Below are positions 1 through 11,802 of a stretch of 64,000 nucleotides of DNA, in pieces (positions within the stretch are counted from its first letter, which is position 1; every line of letters begins with the position of its first letter). Origin of the DNA: an uncultured Bacteroidales bacterium (lineage in GTDB: Bacteria > Bacteroidota > Bacteroidia > Bacteroidales > VadinHA17). The stretch covers positions 2,736,419-2,800,418 of the forward strand of contig OY970346.1 in NCBI GenBank assembly GCA_963717685.1, written 5' to 3'. The notes below the pieces were generated by a model. The model saw only the letters and a list, made by a program, of their open reading frames with translations, was not told the origin of the DNA and did no database searches. The position numbers were made by a program, and so were the translations under genes.

Positions 1-1
1 T

Positions 2-1333
2 TTTTATGCAGAGAAGGAGGTTTTTGATATCCATGTTGAAGAGATGGCCGACAATAAACCTAAATCATTCGGAAGGACAGTCTTAAAAACCTGTAGCGGA
101 AATGAAATTGTTTGCAGGATAAGCAGCTTCATGGGTCTTGATGAAGCAGGGAAGCCTTCCTACATGGACTTTGCATTTGAAGACTCAACACGCGAGCTCA
201 TGCTCGAAAACAGGCTGCTTGAAGCCCAGAAGCTGGAAACAATAGGGTCTCTGGCCGGAGGAATTGCTCACGATTTCAATAATATTCTTGCAACCATATC
301 GGGTTATTCAGAATTAATACGCGATGATCTGCCTAAAGATTCTTCTCCCTATGAAAAAACATCAAAAATAGATATGGCAGTTGCCAGGGCAAGATCACTT
401 ACAAACCAGATACTTACGTTCAGCCGGCAGGTGGACCAGGAAAAAGTGCCGGTGAGCGTTTATGAAGTTCTCAGGGAGACAATAGGTTTTATAAAATCAG
501 CGGCACCATCCAATATAACTATAAAAAGCAGCCTGAGAAACAGACAGAAAAATGTACTTGCTGATCCGACTCAGCTTTTCAGGGTTTTCCTCAACCTGAT
601 TACAAACGCAATCCAGTCAATTGAGGGTAACGCAGGGACGGTTTACATAAGCACAAAACTGGTCAGTGGCAAAAATGTTCAGAGCGAAATGAATAAAGAT
701 ATAGTGGCAGATGAGTATATACTCGTCAGTTTCAGGGATACGGGAAAAGGTATGGACCCATCGCTATTAAGAAGGATATTTGAGCCTTTCTTTACAACCC
801 ATGAAGTGGGAAAAGGAACAGGGCTGGGATTGTCAGTAGTTCATGGAATCGTATCGGAGATAGGCGGCGAGATCCTTGTTTCGAGCGAAAAAGGGAAAGG
901 GTCTGTCTTTTACACTTATCTTCCTGTAGCAGGGGATTATATTGAACCAGCTGAAATTGCAGCTAAAAAGAAACAGATTTTGTTCATTACCGGTGACAAG
1001 CACGAATCAAGGATACTCACGCTTGCCCTTGAGAGAGCAGGTTTTGAGATGATACAGTCTTCGGAGCTCAGACATTTCAGCAATATTCTTTCAGGACAGG
1101 AGCCGAGACCGGATCTAGTCATTTACATGAGCGATTCAAAGGAAATAAGAACAGGAGATCTGGTGGATCAGCTTAAGAAAAACGATGCGGCAATACCATG
1201 CATAATTATATCCGATTCAAATCAGGACATAGCTGATGATAAATTGCTAAATTCCGGGATTGTCAGGCAACACCTTATAAAACCCGTTTCCCTCAGGGAA
1301 ATAAAAGACGCGATAAAATTGTCTATTAAATAG
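2..1333 (+). CDS. Sensor histidine kinase, 5-prime truncated by the window edge, with a C-terminal degenerate receiver-like domain
   Basis: Frame 2 is open from nt 2 (FYAEKEVFDIHVEE precedes the first Met at 44). H-box GGIAHDFNNIL, N-box FLNLITNAIQS, G-boxes DTGKGM and GTGLGLS. The last ~125 aa have REC-like periodicity (ILFITGD ... PDLVIYMSD ... IIISDS ... IKP). Confidence 0.85.
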   Translation, partial: FYAEKEVFDIHVEEMADNKPKSFGRTVLKTCSGNEIVCRISSFMGLDEAGKPSYMDFAFEDSTRELMLENRLLEAQKLETIGSLAGGIAHDFNNILATISGYSELIRDDLPKDSSPYEKTSKIDMAVARARSLTNQILTFSRQVDQEKVPVSVYEVLRETIGFIKSAAPSNITIKSSLRNRQKNVLADPTQLFRVFLNLITNAIQSIEGNAGTVYISTKLVSGKNVQSEMNKDIVADEYILVSFRDTGKGMDPSLLRRIFEPFFTTHEVGKGTGLGLSVVHGIVSEIGGEILVSSEKGKGSVFYTYLPVAGDYIEPAEIAAKKKQILFITGDKHESRILTLALERAGFEMIQSSELRHFSNILSGQEPRPDLVIYMSDSKEIRTGDLVDQLKKNDAAIPCIIISDSNQDIADDKLLNSGIVRQHLIKPVSLREIKDAIKLSIK

Positions 1334-1336
1334 TAT

Positions 1337-1356
1337 ATTGCATAAAATTATGCAAT
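1337..1356. promoter_or_regulatory. 20-bp palindrome ATTGCATAA-aa-TTATGCAAT between the kinase stop and the regulator start
   Basis: Nine of 10 positions pair by hand. A 2-nt centre is too small for an RNA hairpin loop, so a dimeric protein operator is more plausible than a terminator. Confidence 0.3.
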
Positions 1357-1376
1357 AATTAACCTGATAACTGATT

Positions 1377-1757
1377 ATGCCGGGAATCCTGATTGTCGAA
1401 GATAACAATGAACTTCGTGAAATGCTGAAAGTTTCCTTTAACAGGAAGCGGTTTACTGTTCTTGAAGCTGAAAACGGGAAGGATGCAATTATTCACTTCA
1501 AGCCGTCAGTAACGGATCTTGTAATTACTGACCTTATAATGCCTGAGGAGGATGGGCTTAAGGTCATTATGAAATTGCGGGAGATTAAGCCATCCATAAA
1601 GATTATCGCCATCTCGGGAGGGGGGAAGGCCGGCCCTGCAAATTATCTTAATCTGGCAAAAGCCTTGGGTGCCGATGCGGTTTACTCAAAGCCTTTTTCA
1701 GTTAATGAAATGGTATCGGAAATAGAAAAGTTGCTGGATATTGAACATCCCCTGTGA
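1377..1757 (+). CDS. Single-domain response regulator (CheY-like receiver only)
   Basis: ILIVEDN, DLVITDLIMPEEDG (phospho-Asp context), IIAISGG and SKPF motifs. At 126 aa there is no output domain. Confidence 0.92.
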   Translation: MPGILIVEDNNELREMLKVSFNRKRFTVLEAENGKDAIIHFKPSVTDLVITDLIMPEEDGLKVIMKLREIKPSIKIIAISGGGKAGPANYLNLAKALGADAVYSKPFSVNEMVSEIEKLLDIEHPL

Positions 1758-1784
1758 AAGAATTGTTATAGATTTAAAAAAACT

Positions 1785-2294
1785 ATGACCATGCTTAAGA
1801 AAAAAGTTGAAGACATCTGCAACAGGCAGGTAGAAAGAGAAGGCTACTCATCGAACCTGTACCTTTCAATGGCATCGTGGGCTGAGAATAACAGGTATTC
1901 AGGAGTGGCAAAATGGATGTATGCCCAGGCGGAAGAGGAAAAGATTCATATGCTAAAGTTCTTCAGGTACATTAATGAACGGGGAGGAAAGGCAATAATG
2001 CCGGCATTCAAGCAGCCTCCTGCCGATTTTAAAAACATTGAAAACCTTTTCAGCGAAGTGCTGAAGCATGAAGAATTTGTTACATCGAGCATTAATGAAA
2101 TCGTAGCTCTTACATTGGCTGAAAAGGATTTCAATACGCACAATTTTCTTCAGTGGTTTGTAGCGGAGCAGGTTGAAGAAGAAATATCTGCCAGGGCTAT
2201 CTTGGACAAGATTCATCTTCTTGGCAAAAACAGCTTGTACGAACTCGACAGGGATATCATGACGCTAAGGGCTCCTGAAGGTGCCAAAGAATAG
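1785..2294 (+). CDS. ftnA: Non-heme bacterial ferritin
   Basis: Ferritin-like diiron pattern (EREGYSSNLYLSMASW, AQAEEEKIHMLKF, LKHEEFVT, VAEQVEEE) in a 169-aa protein. Confidence 0.9.
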   Translation: MTMLKKKVEDICNRQVEREGYSSNLYLSMASWAENNRYSGVAKWMYAQAEEEKIHMLKFFRYINERGGKAIMPAFKQPPADFKNIENLFSEVLKHEEFVTSSINEIVALTLAEKDFNTHNFLQWFVAEQVEEEISARAILDKIHLLGKNSLYELDRDIMTLRAPEGAKE

Positions 2295-2302
2295 CCTTGT
2301 AA

Positions 2303-4774
2303 ATGAAAAGGCAGATCGCGGTTGTCATAATAATAATCTTAGCCTTGCCAGTCACCGGGCTTCATGCCCAGAGTCGGGCAGGCAGGTTACCTTTCCGGTC
2401 GACCTGCTATGCAGGCAAAAATGTCAACCAGATTTATATCCCGCCTCCAAAGGAATTCCTTTCAAAATCAGGAAGCAAAGGCGGAGCTACAATAACAATG
2501 TATTATTCCGGTGATTTTTCAGCCGCAGCGGTCAATGCCATAAACTTTTCCGCTTCGGTTCTTGAATCGATTTTGCCTTCTGATACGCACATCTCAGTAA
2601 CGGCTATCTGGGGTGCAATAACTACCAGCGGTGTTCTTGCCCAGGCAGAGGCAACAGACTTTATTCCCGGATGGGAAATAAATGCCCAGGTGCCATATGC
2701 ATATTATCCGGCTTCACTTGCCGAGAAGATTTCAGGCAAAAGTTACACAACCCTTTCTGAAGGTGGTGATATCCTTCTTTATGTCAACAGCACTGTAAAC
2801 TGGTACCTTGGAACAGATGGAAAGACCCTGTCATTCCAGTATGACCTGGCTACTGTTGCCATGCATGAAATAATTCACGGGCTTGGATTCTTCAGCAGCA
2901 TGGATGTATCAGGGTCGACTGGATCCTATGGCATCTCAAATGTGCCGGTTGCTTTTGACACATTTATCGAAAATCTTGCAGGCAAGAAACTTACAGATAC
3001 TCTTTTGTTTGCAAACCCTTCTGCAGCGTTAAAGGCTGCTCTTACGAGCGGGCAGGTATATTTTGATGGTCCCCTGTTAAAGAATTATTCCGGCGGGAGA
3101 GCAAAACTGTATGCTCCAACAACGTACGATTCGGGCTCGAGCATCTCCCATCTTGATGAGAACGCTTACAGCAATACGGTAAATGCCCTCATGACTCCTG
3201 CAATTGATATGGGCGAGGCAATACATAATCCGGGGCAGTTTACAATGTCAATGCTTGCCGATATGGGATGGGTGAATACAAGGATAACACATAATCAGCC
3301 TAAAGACACGGAGGACTCTCTTTCGATGATCACTCTTTCAGCTTCAGTAAGCTCTGATACAATCTATAATCATAACAGTGTGACTCTCATCTGGTCATAT
3401 AACGGTTTTTCCAATACTGATTCGACCGTCATGACATCTCCACAGTCGGATAATAATTATATTGCCACCATTACCGTACCATCATACGATTCCCGCCTGG
3501 AATATTATATTTCAGTCATGGACTGTTTTGGCAGAGTATATAATTTGCCCTCTTATGTTCAGAAGAACCATTTTTCGATTTATATAGGAACCGATACCGT
3601 AAAACCGGTAATAGAACATACTCCGCTGACCTACTTTTTTGAAGGTGTTGATACTATTGGATTCAGGGCAGCCGTGACGGATAACCTTGCCGTAGACACC
3701 GTATATGTGGAGTACAAGGTTAATGATGGTACTGTTTTTCAGATGGGGCTATATTCAATGGGAGGAGATATGTACCGGAATACACTTAATGCCAGGAATT
3801 TATCATTAAGCGGGGGAGATTCAATAAATTACAGGATTGTTGCCATCGACAAGGCAGCCTCGCCTAATAAGGCAACATTGCCTTCCCAGGGATGGTACTC
3901 GATAAAGATCGAATCGCTGAATAGTGTTGCTTCCAGTTATCAGACTGATTTCACCAATGCATCTTCGGATTTTCTGATGGATGGCTTTTCAATATTTAAA
4001 CCATCGGGGTTCTCAAGCTACGGTCTCAATACTCCGCATCCTTATCAAAGCCCTGAAGAAGACGGAGACAGCATTGGATATATTGCAACGCTCAGGACTC
4101 CACTGAAATTTGATTCGAACGGTATGACAATCAGCTATAAGGAGGTCGTCCTTGTAGAACCGGGAGAATCGGGATCGACTTTCGGATCATCAGATTTTTA
4201 TGATTATGTCATAGTTGAAGGCTCAAGGAATTTTGGAGAATCCTGGTTTTACCTTTGCGACGGGTATGACAGCAGGTATTGGGATAATTGGCTGACTGCC
4301 TTTAACAGTTCAACCGACTCGGCGGGTAATTCCACATTTGTACCTGATGAAACTCTTCTTCTGAAACATTCAATCTTTGCCAAAGTCTCCGGTGATATCT
4401 CTGCCGGGGATACGCTGATGGTCCGGTTCAGATTATTCTCTGATCCATACGTACATGGATGGGGCTGGTTTATTGAGAACCTTGATATTGAGCCACTCAT
4501 AGATCAGGTTGAGAATATTACCTATTCATCACTGGTAATGTACCCGAATCCCGGGAATGGTCTTATTACGATCAGAGATGAAAGTGATGCCGGCTTCGGG
4601 CCTTTTGCTTATAGCGTCTATAGCTCTTCTGGCACATGCCTGATCACCAATGAATTCACGGGCGGAAACGAACTGATTATCAATATTTCAAATTATCCTG
4701 CAGGGCTGTATTTTATTATCCTGTACCGGAGCGACGGGGTAAGGGCATTGAAATATACCCTGATAAGGAAATAG
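2303..4774 (+). CDS. Secreted HExxH zinc-metalloprotease-like protein with a T9SS C-terminal sorting domain
   Basis: Signal peptide MKRQIAVVIIIILALPVTGLHAQ. HEIIHGLGF at nt 2864-2890. C-terminal ~80 aa (VMYPNPGNGLITI ... GLYFIILY ... KYTLIRK) fits the Por/T9SS type A tail. Confidence 0.8.
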   Translation: MKRQIAVVIIIILALPVTGLHAQSRAGRLPFRSTCYAGKNVNQIYIPPPKEFLSKSGSKGGATITMYYSGDFSAAAVNAINFSASVLESILPSDTHISVTAIWGAITTSGVLAQAEATDFIPGWEINAQVPYAYYPASLAEKISGKSYTTLSEGGDILLYVNSTVNWYLGTDGKTLSFQYDLATVAMHEIIHGLGFFSSMDVSGSTGSYGISNVPVAFDTFIENLAGKKLTDTLLFANPSAALKAALTSGQVYFDGPLLKNYSGGRAKLYAPTTYDSGSSISHLDENAYSNTVNALMTPAIDMGEAIHNPGQFTMSMLADMGWVNTRITHNQPKDTEDSLSMITLSASVSSDTIYNHNSVTLIWSYNGFSNTDSTVMTSPQSDNNYIATITVPSYDSRLEYYISVMDCFGRVYNLPSYVQKNHFSIYIGTDTVKPVIEHTPLTYFFEGVDTIGFRAAVTDNLAVDTVYVEYKVNDGTVFQMGLYSMGGDMYRNTLNARNLSLSGGDSINYRIVAIDKAASPNKATLPSQGWYSIKIESLNSVASSYQTDFTNASSDFLMDGFSIFKPSGFSSYGLNTPHPYQSPEEDGDSIGYIATLRTPLKFDSNGMTISYKEVVLVEPGESGSTFGSSDFYDYVIVEGSRNFGESWFYLCDGYDSRYWDNWLTAFNSSTDSAGNSTFVPDETLLLKHSIFAKVSGDISAGDTLMVRFRLFSDPYVHGWGWFIENLDIEPLIDQVENITYSSLVMYPNPGNGLITIRDESDAGFGPFAYSVYSSSGTCLITNEFTGGNELIINISNYPAGLYFIILYRSDGVRALKYTLIRK

Positions 4775-4875
4775 AGCTTACCCTTCCGGACCATTTCCAT
4801 TAACTTTCAGGCAGCAGGCGAATTCTTATACCGGCCTGACTGATTTTATTACTGTCCACAATCAGAAAAATAAAC

Positions 4876-4883
4876 TAATTTTG
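4876..4883 (+). promoter_or_regulatory. Bacteroidota-type -7 promoter box TAatTTTG upstream of secA
   Basis: Exact TAnnTTTG match 34 nt upstream of the secA ATG. Confidence 0.45.
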
Positions 4884-4916
4884 CGGGATATTTGCGATTT
4901 TGTAAAATAGACTTAT

Positions 4917-7900
4917 ATGAGCCTGATAAATAATATTCTTGGTCTCTTTCTGGGTAATAAGTACGAAAGGGATATGAAAGAGATAAATCCTTTTGTGGAA
5001 AAAACCCGGCTTGAATATGAAAAACTTTCTAATATAACAAATGATGAGCTCAGGGATAAAACACTCGAACTGAAAAAGGAAATACTTGAATATATTGAAA
5101 ATGATGAGAATGAAATCAAGTCGATAAAGGCACAGGCCGAAGCCGAAGAGGATGTCTCGCTAAAGGAGGAACTTTATAACAAGATTGATAAGGCTGAGAA
5201 GAGTATTGATGAAAAGCTTGAAAGGATCCTTGACGAATGTTTACCAGGGGCTTTTGCAATCGTGAAGGAGACAGCAAAGCGCTTTAAGGAGAATAGCGAG
5301 CTTGAGGTCACCGCAAGGCAGTATGACAGGGATCTGGCCGCTACCAGGGAAAGTATAACAATTAAAGGCGACAAGGCGTATTGGAAGAACCGTTGGATGG
5401 CTGGAGGCAATGAGATACTCTGGGACATGGTTCACTATGATGTCCAGCTTTTTGGAGGTGTCGCGCTTCACAAGGGAAAAATCGCCGAAATGGCGACAGG
5501 CGAGGGCAAAACAGTAGTTGCAACTTTGCCGGTGTTTCTCAACGCACTGGCAGGCAGAGGTGTTCATATAGTCACGGTCAATGATTATCTTTCAAAACGC
5601 GACTCCGAATGGATGGGACCTGTTTATGAATTCCACGGGCTTTCAGTCGATTGCATCGATAAACATCAACCCAATTCTCCTGAGAGAAGAAAGGCGTATG
5701 ATGCAGATATAACATTCGGGACAAATAACGAATTTGGCTTCGATTACCTGAGGGATAATATGGCCCTTAACCCGGAAGACCTCGTTCAGCGCAAGCACCA
5801 CTATGCCATAGTCGATGAGGTCGATTCAGTACTGATAGATGACGCAAGGACGCCGCTTATTATTTCGGGGCCTACTGCCAAGGGCGAAAATCAGCAGTTC
5901 GACGAGCTCAAGCCAAAGGTTGAAAAACTGGTGAGTGCCCAGAGAAAGCTTGTCAACCAGATACTTGCAGATTCAAAAAAATTGATCAACGAAGGAAAGA
6001 ACGAAGAGGGAGGATTGCTTCTTTTAAGAGCTTACAAGGGACTTCCAAAGAACAGTGCCCTTATAAAGTTTCTCAGCGAGGAAGGCAACAAAACGCTTCT
6101 TCAGAAAACAGAGAATTTCTATATGCAGAATAACAGCAAGGAAATGCCCAAGGTTACTGATGAGCTTTATTTCATTATCGATGAGAAGGTAAATACAATA
6201 GAAATGACGGATAAGGGCATTGACCTGATTTCAACATCCGTCGAAGATGCAAGCTTCTTCATCCTTCCTGATGTCGGCTCCAAAATTGCCGACCTGGAGA
6301 AATCAGACAAAAGCGAAAGGGAAAAATTAAAGCTTAAGGATGAGCTTCTTGAGGATTATTCAATTAAATCCGAAAGAGTTCATACAATGACCCAGCTGCT
6401 TAAAGCATGGACTCTCTTTGACAAGGATGTGGAATATGTGGTCATAGATAACAAGGTAAAGATCGTCGATGAGCAGACAGGAAGGATACTTGAAGGACGA
6501 AGGTACTCTGACGGCCTCCACCAGGCAATTGAAGCAAAGGAAAATGTAAAGGTGGAAGCGGCCACACAGACCTATGCAACAATTACTCTGCAGAATTATT
6601 TCAGGATGTACCATAAGCTTGCAGGAATGACAGGTACCGCAGAGACCGAAGCCGGAGAATTCTGGAATATTTATAAGCTTGATGTTGTGGTAATACCGAC
6701 AAATAAGCCGGTCATAAGAACTGACCGTGAAGATATTATTTATAAGACAAAGCGCGAGAAATACAATGCAGTCATCGATGAGATATCCGAAATGTACCGG
6801 CAGGGGAGGCCCGTCCTGGTCGGTACAACATCGGTAGAGATATCTGAGCTTCTGAGCAGGATGCTTAAGATGAAAGGATTGAAACATAACGTTCTTAATG
6901 CAAAGCTTCACCAGAGAGAAGCAGAAATTGTGGCTGAGGCAGGAAAAACCGGAACGATTACCATAGCCACAAATATGGCGGGCCGTGGAACCGACATCAA
7001 ACTGACGGAAGAGGTCAGAAATGCCGGCGGTCTGGCAATTATAGGGACAGAAAGACATGAATCGCGCAGGGTTGACAGACAGCTCAGGGGCCGTTCCGGC
7101 CGTCAGGGCGATCCCGGATCCTCACAGTTTTTCGTTTCACTTGAGGATGAGCTAATGAGGCTGTTCGGATCTGAAAGGATTGCCGGCATCATGGACAGGC
7201 TTGGACTGAAGGATGGGGAAATGATTCAGCACCCGATGATCACAAAGTCAATTGAAAGGGCACAGAAGAAAGTCGAGGAGAACAACTTCGGGATACGCAA
7301 GAGGCTTCTTGAATATGATGATGTGATGAACTCACAGAGGGAAGTGATATATAAGAAACGGCGCCATGCCCTACTTGGTGAAAGATTAAGAGTGGATGTG
7401 GCGAATTCAATGTACGATGTCACAGCATCGCTCGTGGATTTATATCACAGGGAAGGAGATTATGAAGGATTTGAGCTGGATCTTATCAGATCATTCTCAA
7501 TGGATTCTCCGGTGTCTCAGGAGTCCTTTCTGAAAGAATCCATTGATAATATCACTGAAGCGGTCTATGCAAAGGTCATGGAGACCTATAAGCGAAAGGT
7601 CGAGACAATATCACAGCAGGCTTATCCTGTTCTTAAAGATGTGTACGAACGGATGTCACATGCCTATGAAAATGTGGTAGTTCCTATTTCGGATGGAGTG
7701 AGGGTATTCCAGGTAATCACTAACCTGAAGGCCACTGCCGAATCGGAAGGGAAGGAATTGTCCAAATCAATTGAAAAAACGGTAGTCCTTGCCACAATAG
7801 ATGAAGAATGGAAGGAGCATCTGCGGGAAATGGATGAACTGAAGGAATCTGTTCAGAATGCAACATATGAACAGAAAGATCCGCTTTTGATATATAAATT

Positions 7901-8240
7901 TGAATCTTATGAGCTGTTCAAGAAAATGCTCGACAAAGTAAACAAGGATCTGTCAAGTACGCTCATGAAGGGCCATATACCTACGCAGGAGCCTGAACAG
8001 GTGAAGGAAGCACAGCGTCGAAGGCAGGTTGAGAATCTGAGGACATCCAGGACTGATTCAGTCCAGACATCAGGGCCTTCAGGAGGAGGACCTGACAGGG
8101 AGAAAAAAACTGAGCCTGTACGCGTTGACAAGAAAGTCGGAAGGAATGATCCATGTCCATGCGGGAGTGGCAAGAAATACAAGAACTGTCATGGTATTCA
8201 GCATACTTCTCCTGGCGGCCAGGATTCAAGGCAAGTCTAG
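4917..8240 (+). CDS. secA: Preprotein translocase ATPase SecA
   Basis: MATGEGKT Walker [30 protein letters not shown] and the C-terminal zinc motif [14 protein letters not shown]. Confidence 0.98.
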   Translation: MSLINNILGLFLGNKYERDMKEINPFVEKTRLEYEKLSNITNDELRDKTLELKKEILEYIENDENEIKSIKAQAEAEEDVSLKEELYNKIDKAEKSIDEKLERILDECLPGAFAIVKETAKRFKENSELEVTARQYDRDLAATRESITIKGDKAYWKNRWMAGGNEILWDMVHYDVQLFGGVALHKGKIAEMATGEGKTVVATLPVFLNALAGRGVHIVTVNDYLSKRDSEWMGPVYEFHGLSVDCIDKHQPNSPERRKAYDADITFGTNNEFGFDYLRDNMALNPEDLVQRKHHYAIVDEVDSVLIDDARTPLIISGPTAKGENQQFDELKPKVEKLVSAQRKLVNQILADSKKLINEGKNEEGGLLLLRAYKGLPKNSALIKFLSEEGNKTLLQKTENFYMQNNSKEMPKVTDELYFIIDEKVNTIEMTDKGIDLISTSVEDASFFILPDVGSKIADLEKSDKSEREKLKLKDELLEDYSIKSERVHTMTQLLKAWTLFDKDVEYVVIDNKVKIVDEQTGRILEGRRYSDGLHQAIEAKENVKVEAATQTYATITLQNYFRMYHKLAGMTGTAETEAGEFWNIYKLDVVVIPTNKPVIRTDREDIIYKTKREKYNAVIDEISEMYRQGRPVLVGTTSVEISELLSRMLKMKGLKHNVLNAKLHQREAEIVAEAGKTGTITIATNMAGRGTDIKLTEEVRNAGGLAIIGTERHESRRVDRQLRGRSGRQGDPGSSQFFVSLEDELMRLFGSERIAGIMDRLGLKDGEMIQHPMITKSIERAQKKVEENNFGIRKRLLEYDDVMNSQREVIYKKRRHALLGERLRVDVANSMYDVTASLVDLYHREGDYEGFELDLIRSFSMDSPVSQESFLKESIDNITEAVYAKVMETYKRKVETISQQAYPVLKDVYERMSHAYENVVVPISDGVRVFQVITNLKATAESEGKELSKSIEKTVVLATIDEEWKEHLREMDELKESVQNATYEQKDPLLIYKFESYELFKKMLDKVNKDLSSTLMKGHIPTQEPEQVKEAQRRRQVENLRTSRTDSVQTSGPSGGGPDREKKTEPVRVDKKVGRNDPCPCGSGKKYKNCHGIQHTSPGGQDSRQV

Positions 8241-8250
8241 AAAGGTACCT

Positions 8251-9129
8251 CTATTTCAGATCCTCAACAGCTTTTTGGATCCTTGCATAGATGGTACGGT
8301 TTACCGGAACCAGCGGAAGCCTTAAGTTATTCTGGCAAAGGTTAAGCACGCTCATGAATGCTTTTATCCCTGAAGGATTGCCGTCAGCAAACAACAATTC
8401 TATTGATTCGACGAACTTTAACTGAATATCGCGGGCAGCCTTAAAGTTATTCTTAAGCGCATTGTTAACAATCTCGCAGCATTCAGACGGAAAAGCGTTT
8501 GCAAGAACAGAAATAACTCCTGCGCCTCCGGCAGAGATTATCGGCAGAGTCATCATATCATCCCCTGATATGACAAGGAAATTTTCAGGTTTTCCTCTGA
8601 CGATCCTCAAAACCTGGGCTATATCTCCCGATGCCTCCTTGACGGCAATTATGTTCTCGCACTCCTGGGCAAGCTCAAGACATGTATCGGAAGTGATATT
8701 ACAGCTGGTACGGCCCGGGACGTTATAGATTATCAAAGGAAGCGGACTGCAATTGGCAATTGCCTTGAAGTGCTGGAATATTCCACGCTGGCTCGGTTTG
8801 TTATAATATGGAGCCACCGATAAAATAGCATCCACGCCATCGAGGTCCATTTCCCTGATGCTGTTTATTATTTCCTGGGTATTATTTCCGCCGATTCCAA
8901 TCACTATCGGAACCTGTTTATCCACTGTTTCAGTTACATATGAAATCACAGCCTGTTTTTCGTCCTTTGTGAGAGTGGGTGTCTCGCCGGTCGTACCCAT
9001 TGCAACTATGTAATTGACTCCACCCTTAATGACATGGTTAATCACCCGGCCCAGTGCCGAGAAGTCAATGCTTGAGTCATTCTTGAAAGGTGTAACTATG
9101 GCAACACCCGTTCCTTTGAATCTTTTCAT
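8251..9129 (-). CDS. dapA: 4-hydroxy-tetrahydrodipicolinate synthase
   Basis: GTGVAIVTPF, MGTTGE, YNVPGRT and the KEASGD lysine region. 292 aa. Confidence 0.95.
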   Translation of the reverse strand: MKRFKGTGVAIVTPFKNDSSIDFSALGRVINHVIKGGVNYIVAMGTTGETPTLTKDEKQAVISYVTETVDKQVPIVIGIGGNNTQEIINSIREMDLDGVDAILSVAPYYNKPSQRGIFQHFKAIANCSPLPLIIYNVPGRTSCNITSDTCLELAQECENIIAVKEASGDIAQVLRIVRGKPENFLVISGDDMMTLPIISAGGAGVISVLANAFPSECCEIVNNALKNNFKAARDIQLKFVESIELLFADGNPSGIKAFMSVLNLCQNNLRLPLVPVNRTIYARIQKAVEDLK

Positions 9130-9135
9130 ATATTT

Positions 9136-9708
9136 TTATTTGACTTTTTGATCGGATGACCCTGAGTTTATCAATTCCAGGTAATGAATGATCTCGTCCA
9201 GGTAATTATCGAGCATGACGGGTTTCTTCAGTTCCAGCATCAGATCGAAATTTTGTTCTGTTGGTTCAGAATCAAACAAACCAACTTTGAAGCCCGAACG
9301 GGAAAGAGAAGAAATATATTTCAAGGTCAGCAGCTTATCAAAATTAATGTCGATAAGCACATCAAATCTTGTTTTGATAAAAGATTCCGTATCAGCTGAA
9401 TCAGGAATGTAAAAGAGATCTATATCATTGTTCCTGATGCAGGTCAGATACCTTATAGCCGTGTACTGGTCAGGAAGTTCCTTTCCCTTATAATATCCAA
9501 GGATCTTTACATCAATATTACGGTCATGCATTTTCTGAAAGAACCTGGAAAGGCAGCTAAAATCCTGGGTTTTTGAGGCATCCCAGACAACTCCAATTGA
9601 CCTTACATTACTTAAATTTGAAAAACTTACCTTCCTGCTGTTTTTTGCAAGCTTCTTTTTGAGAATTGAATTCCCTATTTTTAATCTTGTTTTTCCGAAT
9701 AATTCCAT
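9136..9708 (-). CDS. Hypothetical protein, cotranscribed with ligA and dapA
   Basis: 190-aa ORF with an ATG start and a 6-nt gap to dapA. I recognised no motif. Confidence 0.6.
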   Translation of the reverse strand: MELFGKTRLKIGNSILKKKLAKNSRKVSFSNLSNVRSIGVVWDASKTQDFSCLSRFFQKMHDRNIDVKILGYYKGKELPDQYTAIRYLTCIRNNDIDLFYIPDSADTESFIKTRFDVLIDINFDKLLTLKYISSLSRSGFKVGLFDSEPTEQNFDLMLELKKPVMLDNYLDEIIHYLELINSGSSDQKVK

Positions 9709-9754
9709 GATGCAAACCTAACAGTTTTTTATTAAAGTCGTCAAATCAAAATTA

Positions 9755-11773
<2,019 letters not shown>

Positions 11774-11802
11774 TTAGAATTACTGAATGTGTCAAAAGTG
11801 TG

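Noticed and set aside
2281-2514. A 77-aa plus-strand ORF overlapping the end of ferritin and the start of the T9SS protease gene.
   Set aside because: It is an alternative frame of the well-supported signal-peptide region and has no independent support.
6360-7058. A 232-aa minus-strand ORF inside secA.
   Set aside because: It is antisense to the conserved SecA motor domain. It is Cys/Phe/Leu-rich nonsense-like sequence with no start context.
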